A DNA stretch of 50,797 bases from an uncultured Candidatus Saccharibacteria bacterium (GTDB lineage Bacteria; Patescibacteriota; Minisyncoccia; UBA6257; JAUSGH01), in assembly GCA_964360025.1 (NCBI GenBank), contig CAYHUD010000005.1, positions 1-50,797 on the forward strand, read 5' to 3'. Below the pieces are notes generated by a model that had not been told where the DNA came from, made no database searches, and saw only the letters and a list, made by a program, of their open reading frames with translations. This document shows, piece after piece, positions 16,737-25,999 of this stretch. Position 1 is the stretch's first letter, and each line of letters opens with the position of its first letter. The position numbers and the translations under genes were made by a program.

Positions 16737-17746
16737 TGACCATTATTTTAGTTATTGTCGGTATTGCCACTCTCGTTCTCGTACACGAATTGGGACATTT
16801 TATCGCGGCCAAGCTGTTTGGAATGAAAGTTGATGAATTCGGTATCGGGTTCCCGCCCCGGATTCTTGGCCGCAAAATCGGCGAGACGGTTTATAGCATT
16901 AACGCCGTTCCTCTGGGCGGATTTGTAAAGCTTTACGGCGAGATTGCGGATGCGGAGAACGCGCGCGATCCGCGAAGTTTTTCCTTTGCCCCCGCGTGGA
17001 AAAGAGCGATTGTTATTGTTTCGGGCGTGGTTACCAATTTTTTAGTCGGTTGGATTATCGTCTCAGCAATATTTTTTATCGGCACCCCTTCCGGCGTCAT
17101 TATTGAGCGCGTTTTTCCAGGAACACCCGCGGAAGTAGCCGGTTTGAAAACTGGGGATTTTTTGCGTGATTTTTCCGGCGCCGAAGAGTTTCAAAAGTTT
17201 ATTAAAGAAAATGCCGAGAAAGAGTTTCAACTGCAGGTAACGCGAGCGTCGGGCGAAATTGCGGTGAGTGTTACTCCGCGCCTCATGGATGGCGTCGGGT
17301 CTTTGGGTGTGGGTATTGTTGACGCCGGCGTCGCTCCCCAGCCGTTTTTCACAAGTTTGAAAAAGGGTGCGGAGACATCTGCCGCGATCGTAGTCGGAGT
17401 CATAACCGGTCTCTGGAAAATAATTTTTACAATTTTAACACAGGGACAGCTCATGGAGGGATTTACGGGACCTGTCGGAGTTTTCGGTCTCGCGGCGGCG
17501 AGCGTCAAAAGCGGTCTGATTTTTTTCTTCCAGCTTCTAGGTATCATTTCCTTAAACCTTGGAGTTTTAAACATTTTGCCATTTCCGGCTCTAGACGGAG
17601 GCCGCCTGCTTTTCATTATCTTTGAAAAAATAAAAGGATCGCGGCTCACGCCGAGCTTTGAAATGATCGCGAATGGTATCGGATTTTTCGTTCTGATAGC
17701 GCTGATGGTCGCGATCACGGTGAGGGATGTCGCCAAATTATTTTAA
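16736..17746 (+). CDS. rseP: Site-2 intramembrane metalloprotease with PDZ domain
   Basis: HELGH, FGIGFPP, PLGGFV, NILPFPALDGG. Confidence 0.93.
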   Translation: MTIILVIVGIATLVLVHELGHFIAAKLFGMKVDEFGIGFPPRILGRKIGETVYSINAVPLGGFVKLYGEIADAENARDPRSFSFAPAWKRAIVIVSGVVTNFLVGWIIVSAIFFIGTPSGVIIERVFPGTPAEVAGLKTGDFLRDFSGAEEFQKFIKENAEKEFQLQVTRASGEIAVSVTPRLMDGVGSLGVGIVDAGVAPQPFFTSLKKGAETSAAIVVGVITGLWKIIFTILTQGQLMEGFTGPVGVFGLAAASVKSGLIFFFQLLGIISLNLGVLNILPFPALDGGRLLFIIFEKIKGSRLTPSFEMIANGIGFFVLIALMVAITVRDVAKLF

Positions 17747-17795
17747 AGCTTTTCTTTTAAGTAGAAAGATGATAGCTTATTAGGTGTTACGCGCC

Positions 17796-19028
17796 ATGCT
17801 TTTATCTCAACTATTTTCTAAAACCGAACGCGATTTTCCTAAGGACGAGGAAGCGATAAACGCTAAGTTTTTGATTCGCGGCGGATTCATCCGCAAAATG
17901 TCCGCAGGAGTTTTTACTTATTTGCCTCTGGCGCATTTGGTTTTAAATAAAATCAATCAGATTATCCGCGAGGAGATGGCGGCTATTGGCGGCGAGGAGA
18001 TGCTCATGCCTACGCTTATCGCCAAAGAGTATTGGGAGAAAGCCGGCCGCTGGGATGTGGATGTGATTTATAAATTGAAGACGCAAACAGGGGAGGAGTT
18101 CGGACTTGGCTGGACGCACGAGGATGTGATTACTTCCATTGCCGGGCATTTTATTCAGTCCTATAAAGACCTCCCTCGCGCCGTGTATCAGATTCAGACT
18201 AAATTTCGTCACGAGCCGCGCGCCAAAAACGGACTCTTGCGCGGACGGGAATTTCTGATGAAAGATTTGTATAGTTTTCACGCCGATGTCGCCGATTTGA
18301 ACGAATATTACGAGGATGTTAAAAAGGCCTATGCCAGAATTTTCAAAAGATTAGGATTGGATGCGATTGTAGCCGAGGCCTCGGGCGGCACTTTTACGAA
18401 AGAATATACCCACGAATTCCAAGTGTTCTCTCCGGCGGGAGAAGACGTTATCTTTTACTGCGAGAAGTGCCGCTATGCCCAAAATAAAGAAGTGGCGCGG
18501 ATGGAAGAGGGGGGTAAATGTCCCGAGTGCGGCGGCAAGGTTTTAACCGGCACCGCGATTGAGGTGGGTAATATTTTCCGTTTGGGTACGAAGTTTTCCG
18601 ATGCTTTTGATTTAAATTATCTAGACGAGCATGGCGCGAGTCGCAGAGTGGTTATGGGTTCATACGGTATCGGACCGACGAGAGTCTTGGCGACGCTTGT
18701 GGAGGTTCATCATGACGAGCGGGGTATTGTTTGGCCGCGGGCGGTTGCGCCTTTCGCGGTGCATCTCGTATCACTTGGCGAAGATAAAAAAGTTATCGCC
18801 TCCGCAAAAAAGATTTATCTGGAGTTAATGAAAAAAGGAGTGGAGATTCTTTGGGACGATCGCGAAATATCTCCCGGAGCCAAGTTCGCCGATGCGGATT
18901 TAATCGGCGCCCCTCTGCGGATTGTTGTGAGCGAGAAGACTCTTGCGGCGAAGAGGATAGAAGTGAAAGAGCGCGGCAAAGACAAGCCCCGCCTCGTCGC
19001 GGAAAAAGATTTGCTGAAGTTAGTTTGA
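17796..19028 (+). CDS. proS: Proline--tRNA ligase (short form lacking the INS editing domain)
   Basis: YKDLP, QIQTKFRHEPR, GLLRGREFLMKDLYSFH, IEVGNIFRLG, MGSYGIG, KFADADLIG; ATG at 17796. Confidence 0.95.
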   Translation: MLLSQLFSKTERDFPKDEEAINAKFLIRGGFIRKMSAGVFTYLPLAHLVLNKINQIIREEMAAIGGEEMLMPTLIAKEYWEKAGRWDVDVIYKLKTQTGEEFGLGWTHEDVITSIAGHFIQSYKDLPRAVYQIQTKFRHEPRAKNGLLRGREFLMKDLYSFHADVADLNEYYEDVKKAYARIFKRLGLDAIVAEASGGTFTKEYTHEFQVFSPAGEDVIFYCEKCRYAQNKEVARMEEGGKCPECGGKVLTGTAIEVGNIFRLGTKFSDAFDLNYLDEHGASRRVVMGSYGIGPTRVLATLVEVHHDERGIVWPRAVAPFAVHLVSLGEDKKVIASAKKIYLELMKKGVEILWDDREISPGAKFADADLIGAPLRIVVSEKTLAAKRIEVKERGKDKPRLVAEKDLLKLV

Positions 19029-19080
19029 TTTTTAGATCGAATTCCTTGATTCTTTATTCATTATTCACAATTCATTATCT

Positions 19081-20127
19081 ATGAAGTTTCTTGATTATTT
19101 TTCCAAAAGCATCGGCATAGACTTAGGCACCGCCAATTCTTTGATTTATGTAGCGGGAAGCGGTATTGCCATTAACAGCCCGTCTATTGTGGCGGTAAAC
19201 AGCAAGACTGGACAAGTTCTGGCTGTCGGCGACGCCGCCCGTAAAATGGTGGGCCGCACGCCGAATCACATCAACGTTGTTCGTCCGCTTGTAAACGGTA
19301 TTATTTCCGACTTTGATACGGCCCAGGAAATGCTGCGCTATTTTTTGCGGCAGATCGGTAAAACACAGACTATTTTGGGATGGAGGAGGGCTGTTATTGG
19401 AGTTCCCAGCAATCTTACCGAGGTGGAGCGGAAGTCCGTAGAGGACGCTGTCGCCGGAGCCGGTGTGGGCAAGGCGTATATTATTGAGGAGCCGGTCGCG
19501 GCGGCGCTGGGAGCGCGTCTTCCTATTGATGAGCCGACGGCTAATATGATCGTGGACATCGGCGGCGGTACGACGGAGATAGCTATCATTTCCATGGGCG
19601 GCACCGTGACTGCTAAAAGTTTAAAAATAGCCGGTGATAAATTAAACGAAGAAATTATGCGTTTTGTTAGGGAGGAATTCCGTTTGGCGATCGGCGAGCC
19701 GACGGCGGAAGAACTTAAAATGACTATCGGTTCGGCTGTGCAGATGGATGAGAAGTCAGAGATGACGATCAGGGGCCGAGATTTGGCAAGCGGTTTGCCT
19801 AAAGAAATGGTGATTAAGGATATGCAGGTGAGGTCAGCCATCGCCAAGCCTCTTAAAACTATCGCTGAGGCAGTGAAAGAAGTTATTGAATCGGCGCCTC
19901 CGGAACTTGCAGGAGATATTTTACAGAGAGGTATCTATCTTTGCGGCGGCGGTAGTTTATTGCGGGGCATAGACGTCTTGATTAGCAAAGAGTTGGCGGT
20001 TATGACGACTATCGTGGAGGATCCTCTGACTTGCGTCGTTCGCGGCACGGGTGTCGCCGTGGAAAACTTTAAGAAATATACGGCAATTTTGGACAATCCC
20101 TTTACTCCGCGTGATATAATATTGTGA
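19081..20127 (+). CDS. mreB: Rod shape-determining protein MreB
   Basis: IGIDLGTANS, EEPVAAALGA, DIGGGTTEIA; heads the mreBCD-mrdA cluster. Confidence 0.96.
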   Translation: MKFLDYFSKSIGIDLGTANSLIYVAGSGIAINSPSIVAVNSKTGQVLAVGDAARKMVGRTPNHINVVRPLVNGIISDFDTAQEMLRYFLRQIGKTQTILGWRRAVIGVPSNLTEVERKSVEDAVAGAGVGKAYIIEEPVAAALGARLPIDEPTANMIVDIGGGTTEIAIISMGGTVTAKSLKIAGDKLNEEIMRFVREEFRLAIGEPTAEELKMTIGSAVQMDEKSEMTIRGRDLASGLPKEMVIKDMQVRSAIAKPLKTIAEAVKEVIESAPPELAGDILQRGIYLCGGGSLLRGIDVLISKELAVMTTIVEDPLTCVVRGTGVAVENFKKYTAILDNPFTPRDIIL

Positions 20128-20136
20128 AACAATAAC

Positions 20137-20841
20137 ATGAAAGTTTTCGTCAAAGCCCTGCTTATTTTTCTGCTTCTGGGTATAATTTTTTATGACAATG
20201 CGTTTACCGCAGCATCGCTGGGATTTGCCGACCGGTTACGGGGCGCCTTTGCTTCGCCGGTTCTCCTCGTTCGTAATTTTTTCCGCAGCTCCTTTTTTGT
20301 AGAACAAATGGCTGAATTGCAAAGGGAAAATCAATCTTTGCAGGCGCAATTACTGCGTCAGACATTGGGCAGGGACAGCAACGATTATCTCTTGGCAGCC
20401 AAGGTGCACGCGATTTTCCCTTTTAGTAATAAGGGGGCTTTTACTGTAGATGTTGGTCTGTCCGAGGGAGTTTCCGAGGGCATGATAGTAGTTCTTAAGA
20501 AAGATGTTTTTGTGGGCCAGATTTCCAAGGTTGGGTTTGGCTGGAGCGAGGTCCGGACTATTTTTGATATCGGCTGGCAGATACCGGTGCGTGTCGGTTC
20601 CGAGAACACTCCGGCGCTTCTTTTGGCGGGAACTCCTCCGTTAGTTTCCATGATAGACAAGGCGCGTGTTCCTACGACGGGTGACGCTATTTTCACAGCC
20701 GGACGGGGAATCCCTTACGGATTGAAGGTTGGTAATTTAAAAAATATTCGCGAAACATCAGGTGGGACCTTTAAGGACGGTGACTTAGTTTTGCCCTATG
20801 TTTCGGGGGAATTAGAACAAGTTTTTGTAATCTTGCGATAA
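20137..20841 (+). CDS. mreC: Rod shape-determining protein MreC
   Basis: N-terminal TM, coiled coil LQRENQSL, DVGLSEGV..GM.V, GD.IFTAG..IPYGL.VG; synteny. Confidence 0.85.
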   Translation: MKVFVKALLIFLLLGIIFYDNAFTAASLGFADRLRGAFASPVLLVRNFFRSSFFVEQMAELQRENQSLQAQLLRQTLGRDSNDYLLAAKVHAIFPFSNKGAFTVDVGLSEGVSEGMIVVLKKDVFVGQISKVGFGWSEVRTIFDIGWQIPVRVGSENTPALLLAGTPPLVSMIDKARVPTTGDAIFTAGRGIPYGLKVGNLKNIRETSGGTFKDGDLVLPYVSGELEQVFVILR

Positions 20842-20842
20842 G

Positions 20843-21310
20843 ATGAATTATTCACAACTATCCCGGGGAATTATTCTGCCACTTTTAACGGCCCTCGTTC
20901 TGCCTCTTGTGCAAGGGTCGCAGATTTTGCGGTTTGAAGGCGTCAATCCTAATCTGGGAGTCATCGGCTTGATGATGCTCGCGGTTATGGTTGCCGGCTA
21001 TTTGCGATTTTTTATTTTTTCCGCCTTTCTAATTTTTCTTTTAAAAATAATTCCTGGTTTTGAACTGGAGTCGGCCGCGCTTCTGGGCGTCGCTCTTTTT
21101 ATGAAGCTGTTCCAGGGCGTAGCCCCATGGAGCTCGTTTGCGGCCCCGGCCTTTTCCGTAATTATGGGAACAACGATTTTCTACGCGATAGGTGATTATT
21201 CTTTCATCATCGGAGAGCCGGGATTTTTTCTTAAAGAATTATTGTACAATCTCATTTTGGGTGTTTTCGCTCATTTGGGATTATCTGTCATTTATGAAGA
21301 AGCAAGATGA
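20843..21310 (+). CDS. mreD: MreD-like membrane protein
   Basis: Polytopic; GVNPNL motif; lies between mreC and the PBP2 gene. Confidence 0.6.
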   Translation: MNYSQLSRGIILPLLTALVLPLVQGSQILRFEGVNPNLGVIGLMMLAVMVAGYLRFFIFSAFLIFLLKIIPGFELESAALLGVALFMKLFQGVAPWSSFAAPAFSVIMGTTIFYAIGDYSFIIGEPGFFLKELLYNLILGVFAHLGLSVIYEEAR

Positions 21311-23171
21311 AGATTTAAATTTTGAGGAGGCGGTTTTTGGCGCCGTTGGGGAAGATCCCGCGTATATTGAACTGCCTTTGCACAGACAGATTTTTTTCGT
21401 TATGGCGGGAGTAGCGGCTTTCTTGGTTTTTGCGGCGCTTTTTCGTCTGCTTTCTTTAAATGTCTTGAGGGGCGATTTCTATCGCGCGCGCGCTTTAGCC
21501 AACGTTAATCGGGAGACTGTTTTGCCGGCGAAGCGGGGAATTATTTTTGACGCTTATGGCGTGTCGCTTGTGAAAAATGAACCGGTATTCAGTGTTTTTT
21601 TAGATACGCGGGAGTTTTTAAGGAAAGACGATGACTCCAAAATCAAATTAATCGATGATCTTAGGGCGATATTTAAGGAAAACAATATCGGCTCCGAGGT
21701 TGATGCTGGAGCGGTTATTGCGGAAGCCGACTGGGAGAAAAGTCCCTCTATTGCTCTTTTGCGTGGCGTAACGACAGAATTAGCCATCGCCCTTAAGGGA
21801 TTGAACGACCCCTCGGTGAAGATTGAAGATGATTACAGGCGTTCTTACGAATACGGGCCTTCGTTAGCACACGTCCTTGGCTATACGGGTTTGCGTGATT
21901 TTGAGCGGACTATTGAGGGTAAAAGCGGATTAGAATCTTATTACGATATCAATTTGCGGGGCGCAGACGGCAAGTTTGTGGAGGGAAGAGATGTCTCCGG
22001 CAATATCCTTCACGGGAGAGTTCGGGAGGAGGCGGAATCCGGCAATAATCTTTATACGACAATCGACGTCCAGCTTCAGGAATATTTTTATGAGCGGATG
22101 CTCCAGGGCTTGGATGCTTTGGGGCGCACAGCCGGGGTCGGTATTATTTTAAATCCGCAAAATGGCGATGTTTTATCGCTGATTAATTTCCCGAGCTTTG
22201 ACAGTAATGTTTTTACCCTGCCTGATAAAACAGAGGAAAGAAAAAAACTGCTGCGCTCGCCGCAGAAGCCGCTTTTTAACCGGGCCATCTCCGGAGTTTA
22301 TAATCCGGGATCAACTATTAAACCGTTCATGGCGCTAGCCGCGCTTCGTGAGAAAATAATTGACCCCGTTTTCTCGGTTTTCTCCGACGGTATTATGGAG
22401 GTTCCTAACCCTTATAATCCCGCGGAGCCAAGTAAGTTTTTGGATTGGAAGGCTCACGGCTGGGTTAATTTGTATTCCGCGCTGGCGCGTTCTTCCAATA
22501 TTTATTTTTATGAGATCGGCGGAGGTTACGGGAATTTCAAGGGTTTGGGTATCAAGCGTATACAGGAATATTTCAAAAAGTTTGGTTTTGAAGATAAAAC
22601 GGGAATTGATACTGACGGCGAAGCCGTGGGGGAGTTGCTCGGTCCCGAACATAGGGAAAGCCAGGGGCGGATCTGGCGCGTCGGTGATACCTACAACGTA
22701 TCTATCGGCCAGGGAGATCTTGCCGTAGTTCCATTGCGGCTTATCAGTTTCATCGGATCTTTGGGCGTCGGCGGACATGTTTTCCAGCCGCATTTTCTAA
22801 AAGAGATCAGGGACACTAAAGGCAATCTCGTCGAGCAATTTCTACCCAGGACAACTTTTGACTATTCTGATTACGGCGCGGACATCGCGGAGGTGCGGAA
22901 GGGTTTGCGGGCCGCCGTTTCCACTCCGGATGGTACGGCGCATCTTTTAAACGATCTGCCAATGGAAGTATCCGGTAAAACAGGCAGCGCCCAGATTTTA
23001 AGCAACACGAAAGTTAACGCTTTCTTTGTGGGTTACGCGCCTTCAGAAAATCCCGAAATCGCCATTTTAGTTTTGGTTGAGGATGCCCGTGAGGGGAGTT
23101 TGAATACGGTTCCTATCGCGAAAGATGTTTTGCGCTGGTATTATGAGAACCGGATGAATAAAGATGAATAA
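21294..23171 (+). CDS. mrdA: Penicillin-binding protein 2
   Basis: RGIIFD, GKSGLE, PGSTIK (SxxK), SSN (SxN), KTGSAQ; ATG at 21294. Confidence 0.93.
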   Translation: MKKQDEDLNFEEAVFGAVGEDPAYIELPLHRQIFFVMAGVAAFLVFAALFRLLSLNVLRGDFYRARALANVNRETVLPAKRGIIFDAYGVSLVKNEPVFSVFLDTREFLRKDDDSKIKLIDDLRAIFKENNIGSEVDAGAVIAEADWEKSPSIALLRGVTTELAIALKGLNDPSVKIEDDYRRSYEYGPSLAHVLGYTGLRDFERTIEGKSGLESYYDINLRGADGKFVEGRDVSGNILHGRVREEAESGNNLYTTIDVQLQEYFYERMLQGLDALGRTAGVGIILNPQNGDVLSLINFPSFDSNVFTLPDKTEERKKLLRSPQKPLFNRAISGVYNPGSTIKPFMALAALREKIIDPVFSVFSDGIMEVPNPYNPAEPSKFLDWKAHGWVNLYSALARSSNIYFYEIGGGYGNFKGLGIKRIQEYFKKFGFEDKTGIDTDGEAVGELLGPEHRESQGRIWRVGDTYNVSIGQGDLAVVPLRLISFIGSLGVGGHVFQPHFLKEIRDTKGNLVEQFLPRTTFDYSDYGADIAEVRKGLRAAVSTPDGTAHLLNDLPMEVSGKTGSAQILSNTKVNAFFVGYAPSENPEIAILVLVEDAREGSLNTVPIAKDVLRWYYENRMNKDE

Positions 23172-23181
23172 AAAAACTCGC

Positions 23182-23508
23182 CTAACGAATGTGTCGGCGA
23201 GCGCGCGGAATTTCCGCGCAGAAAATCAAGAGCCAAACAAGCACAAGACCGGCGCCCAGCAGGAATTGGAAGCCGGCCTGGAGCCAACCTTCAAAACAGA
23301 GACCAGCTTCTATGAGGATCATAGCGGTAACAATATTTGCCGCTCCCGTTAGGGCATATGCCGGGAAACCCCAAAAGCGTCTGGCAAATCTTCTGATATC
23401 TTTCAACAAAACAGCATAAACCATAAAGAAGAGATACCCTGTAAAAAAAGAAGTGTTGGCTATGATGTTCAGCCAATTTGGCAGATCAGGCTCCTGGGGC
23501 ATAACCAT
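23182..23508 (-). CDS. Small membrane protein
   Basis: 108 aa, about 3 TM helices, AAGGAGG upstream. Confidence 0.6.
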   Translation of the reverse strand: MVMPQEPDLPNWLNIIANTSFFTGYLFFMVYAVLLKDIRRFARRFWGFPAYALTGAANIVTAMILIEAGLCFEGWLQAGFQFLLGAGLVLVWLLIFCAEIPRARRHIR

Positions 23509-23556
23509 CCTCCTTACAATTCACCACCGAACTACTGGCCATGTTATCATAAAAAT

Positions 23557-24318
23557 ATGAAAAAGTACATAGTCGCCAATTGGAAGATGAACCCAGTATC
23601 TTTAACGGAAGCAATAACGCTCGCGAAGGAGTCCGACGTGGATGGGCTTATTATTGCGCCGCCAACCATTTTTTTAGAAGAAGTTAAGAAGAATATTCAA
23701 AAAGCGGAGCTTGGCAGTCAGGATTTGTTCTGGGAAGAAAAAGGGGCTTTTACCGGAGAGGTTTCTGCTTCGGAATTAAAATCGCTAGGTGTCGGATATG
23801 CGATTATCGGCCACTCCGAACGGCGCAAACTGGGAGAAACTGATGAAATGGTTGCAAAAAAAATTAAAGCCGCGGCGGGTGCGGGCTTGACGCCTATTCT
23901 TTGTGTGGGCGAGTCCGCCGCGGAACGCGCGGCTGGTAAGACAGAGGAGGTTGTTGCGCGTGAATTAAAAATCAGCCTATCCTTAATTGGGAATTGGGAA
24001 CCCGCTTCGCCTCGGCGAATGCGAGGCGAGTTGGAAATTGGGAATTTAATTGTAGCATACGAGCCTATCTGGGCGATTGGCACCGGCACACCCGACACTC
24101 CGCAAGATATGATAAATATGGTAAAATATATAAAGAAGATACTGAAAGAATTTCCAATTTCCAATTTCCAATTTCCAATTATTTACGGAGGTTCGGTAAC
24201 CTCCCAAAATGCCCAAGATTTTCTGCAACACAAAGAGATTGAGGGAGTTTTAGTGGGTGGAGCCAGCTTGAAATCGGAAGAAATTAAAAAAATAGTCGCC
24301 ATAGCGCGAGAAAGATAA
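23557..24318 (+). CDS. tpiA: Triosephosphate isomerase with in-frame repeat insertions
   Basis: ANWKMN, GAFTGEVS, IGHSERR, AYEPIWAIGTG, YGGSV, LVGGASL. Confidence 0.97.
   Translation: MKKYIVANWKMNPVSLTEAITLAKESDVDGLIIAPPTIFLEEVKKNIQKAELGSQDLFWEEKGAFTGEVSASELKSLGVGYAIIGHSERRKLGETDEMVAKKIKAAAGAGLTPILCVGESAAERAAGKTEEVVARELKISLSLIGNWEPASPRRMRGELEIGNLIVAYEPIWAIGTGTPDTPQDMINMVKYIKKILKEFPISNFQFPIIYGGSVTSQNAQDFLQHKEIEGVLVGGASLKSEEIKKIVAIARER
23985..24051. repeat. AATTGGG/AATTGGA heptamer tract split by a 30-bp hairpin, in frame in tpiA
   Basis: aattggg aattggg aa[cccgcttcgcctcggcgaatgcgaggcgag]ttgga aattggg. Confidence 0.85.
24149..24180. repeat. (AATTTCC)x4 heptamer tract in frame in tpiA
   Basis: Four perfect copies plus aatt, encoding FPISNFQFPI. 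Confidence 0.9.
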
Positions 24319-24328
24319 AATTATTAAT

Positions 24329-25075
24329 ATGAAAGAAAAAAAGTTTCTTTTTATAACATCGGGAGTAGTGCTCATTCTAATCGGTTTGTTGTCTATTACA
24401 GCCACATGGTATCTCAAAAAGAGTGCCTGGGCCTTGAGCTCTAATCGCACGATCACCGTGGGTGCCGAGGGTAAGTCGCAACTAGCTCCGGATGTGGCGC
24501 GCGTGTCTTTTGCCGCTGTAACCGAGGGCGATGTCGCTTCTAAAATTCAGGAACAGAATGGCAAGATTATCGCCGCCGCCATTGAATACGTCAAGAAATT
24601 AGGAGTGGAAGCCAAGGATATTCAGACCACGGGCTATAATCTTTCCCCGCGGTATGAGTATGACGAGAAAAAGAGGAAAACTTTTATCTCCGGTTACACA
24701 ATAACAGAAACTGTTTCTCTGCGGTTAACTGATTTTACGAAGATTGGTACGCTTATTGGCGGACTTCCTTCGGTAGGTATTAACCAGATCAACTCCGTTA
24801 GTTTTGAGGTGTCTGACGCTGATAAAAATCTTGGATCGGCACGGGAAGAAGCATTTAAAAAGGCCTATGCCAAAGCCGCGGCTATGGCAAGGCAGAATAA
24901 GACCAGATTGGGACGGGTGGTTACCTTTTCCGAGAGCCAGGGCGGCGGTTTTACTCCTAGATATTTTGCGGCAGAAAGTCTCGGCAAGGGCGGAGCGGAT
25001 ATGATGGCGGCCGCAATTGAGCCGGGAAGCGAGGAGATTTCGGTAAGCGTCTCCGTCACTTACGAATTAAAATAG
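24329..25075 (+). CDS. SIMPL (DUF541) domain protein
   Basis: N-terminal TM, RTITVGAEG..APD.A, DIQT.GYNLSPRY, AR.EA...A..KA, IEPGS.EI.V.VSVTYEL. Confidence 0.88.
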   Translation: MKEKKFLFITSGVVLILIGLLSITATWYLKKSAWALSSNRTITVGAEGKSQLAPDVARVSFAAVTEGDVASKIQEQNGKIIAAAIEYVKKLGVEAKDIQTTGYNLSPRYEYDEKKRKTFISGYTITETVSLRLTDFTKIGTLIGGLPSVGINQINSVSFEVSDADKNLGSAREEAFKKAYAKAAAMARQNKTRLGRVVTFSESQGGGFTPRYFAAESLGKGGADMMAAAIEPGSEEISVSVSVTYELK

Positions 25076-25164
25076 TTTAATAAAAAATCAACCCGCTCTA
25101 CGAGGTTGATTTTTTATTATGGTTGTGTTATTTTCTAAGTCGTCCCCTAGAGAGGAGGGTCTAT

Positions 25165-25827
25165 ATGATCGTTGAAATGCCCGCGGGAACGGAAGTAAAT
25201 ACAAGAGCAGAATGTTGGACCGAGTTTTTGAAGGATAATTTTGATATCGTGGTGCCCCTACCTCCCGAGTGTCATGCTCGATCTGGTCATTGGCTCATTT
25301 GTGAGCCATCGCAGTTGCGGATGGAGACAATCGTTTGCGCTCTGGAGAAGCTGGGCGTGAAGGTGGCTCAATCGTGGTCAGATCTGGATAAGATGGATAA
25401 AGTAGTTTCACTCCCGTCATGGTTGGTGACGAACAAAGAAGCCATGGGGATAAGAGATGTTCTGCGCGAGGATGAGGCGCGAACAGAAGTTTGCGATTGG
25501 TACGAAGTAGAAGCATTGACGGATGCAACGGAGAGTAAAGATGAGGTGTTGCGGCGGAAATCCGCTTCCGATTTGAGGCGGTTCGCTGTTCCTTGCCTCA
25601 ATCTGAGGGGATATCTTCTACTCTGGCTTTTCATGCGCCGGATGCATCTGGCGCATCTGGACGGAGTTAGCGAGACGCTCTGTGTCGCGCCGCAAGACCA
25701 TTTTGGTTTTTGCGCCGCCGTGGGATGGCATCATGCGTTCCTCGAAAGCCAGCTCCGAATTCGTCGTTTTCATTACCTCCAACCCGATGGTCGAGTCCGC
25801 GCCCGCCGGATTTTTCTTCATCGTTAG
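25165..25827 (+). CDS. Hypothetical protein, divergent paralog of 10195..10923 (DGR-target-like)
   Basis: Shared pattern KS..DL.....L.L...LLL.L......HLDGV..TLC...RAR; GGAGG upstream of ATG 25165. Confidence 0.55.
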   Translation: MIVEMPAGTEVNTRAECWTEFLKDNFDIVVPLPPECHARSGHWLICEPSQLRMETIVCALEKLGVKVAQSWSDLDKMDKVVSLPSWLVTNKEAMGIRDVLREDEARTEVCDWYEVEALTDATESKDEVLRRKSASDLRRFAVPCLNLRGYLLLWLFMRRMHLAHLDGVSETLCVAPQDHFGFCAAVGWHHAFLESQLRIRRFHYLQPDGRVRARRIFLHR

Positions 25828-25999
25828 TTTGACAGGTTTCCGTCGCCTCGCGCGACGGTTTTTTATTGGAACAGGAAGATGAGTTTGGTCGTCAGTTTGA
25901 CGATTGCTTATGCTCCGGATGGTAGACGTGCACTTTAGGGGATTTTTAAATATACTATAATTATTACCAACTAAATTTATTATTAAATAAATTACAACC

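Noticed and set aside
11057-20127. Two mreB genes as a novelty
   Set aside because: MreB/Mbl paralogs are common; the two are well diverged and both intact.
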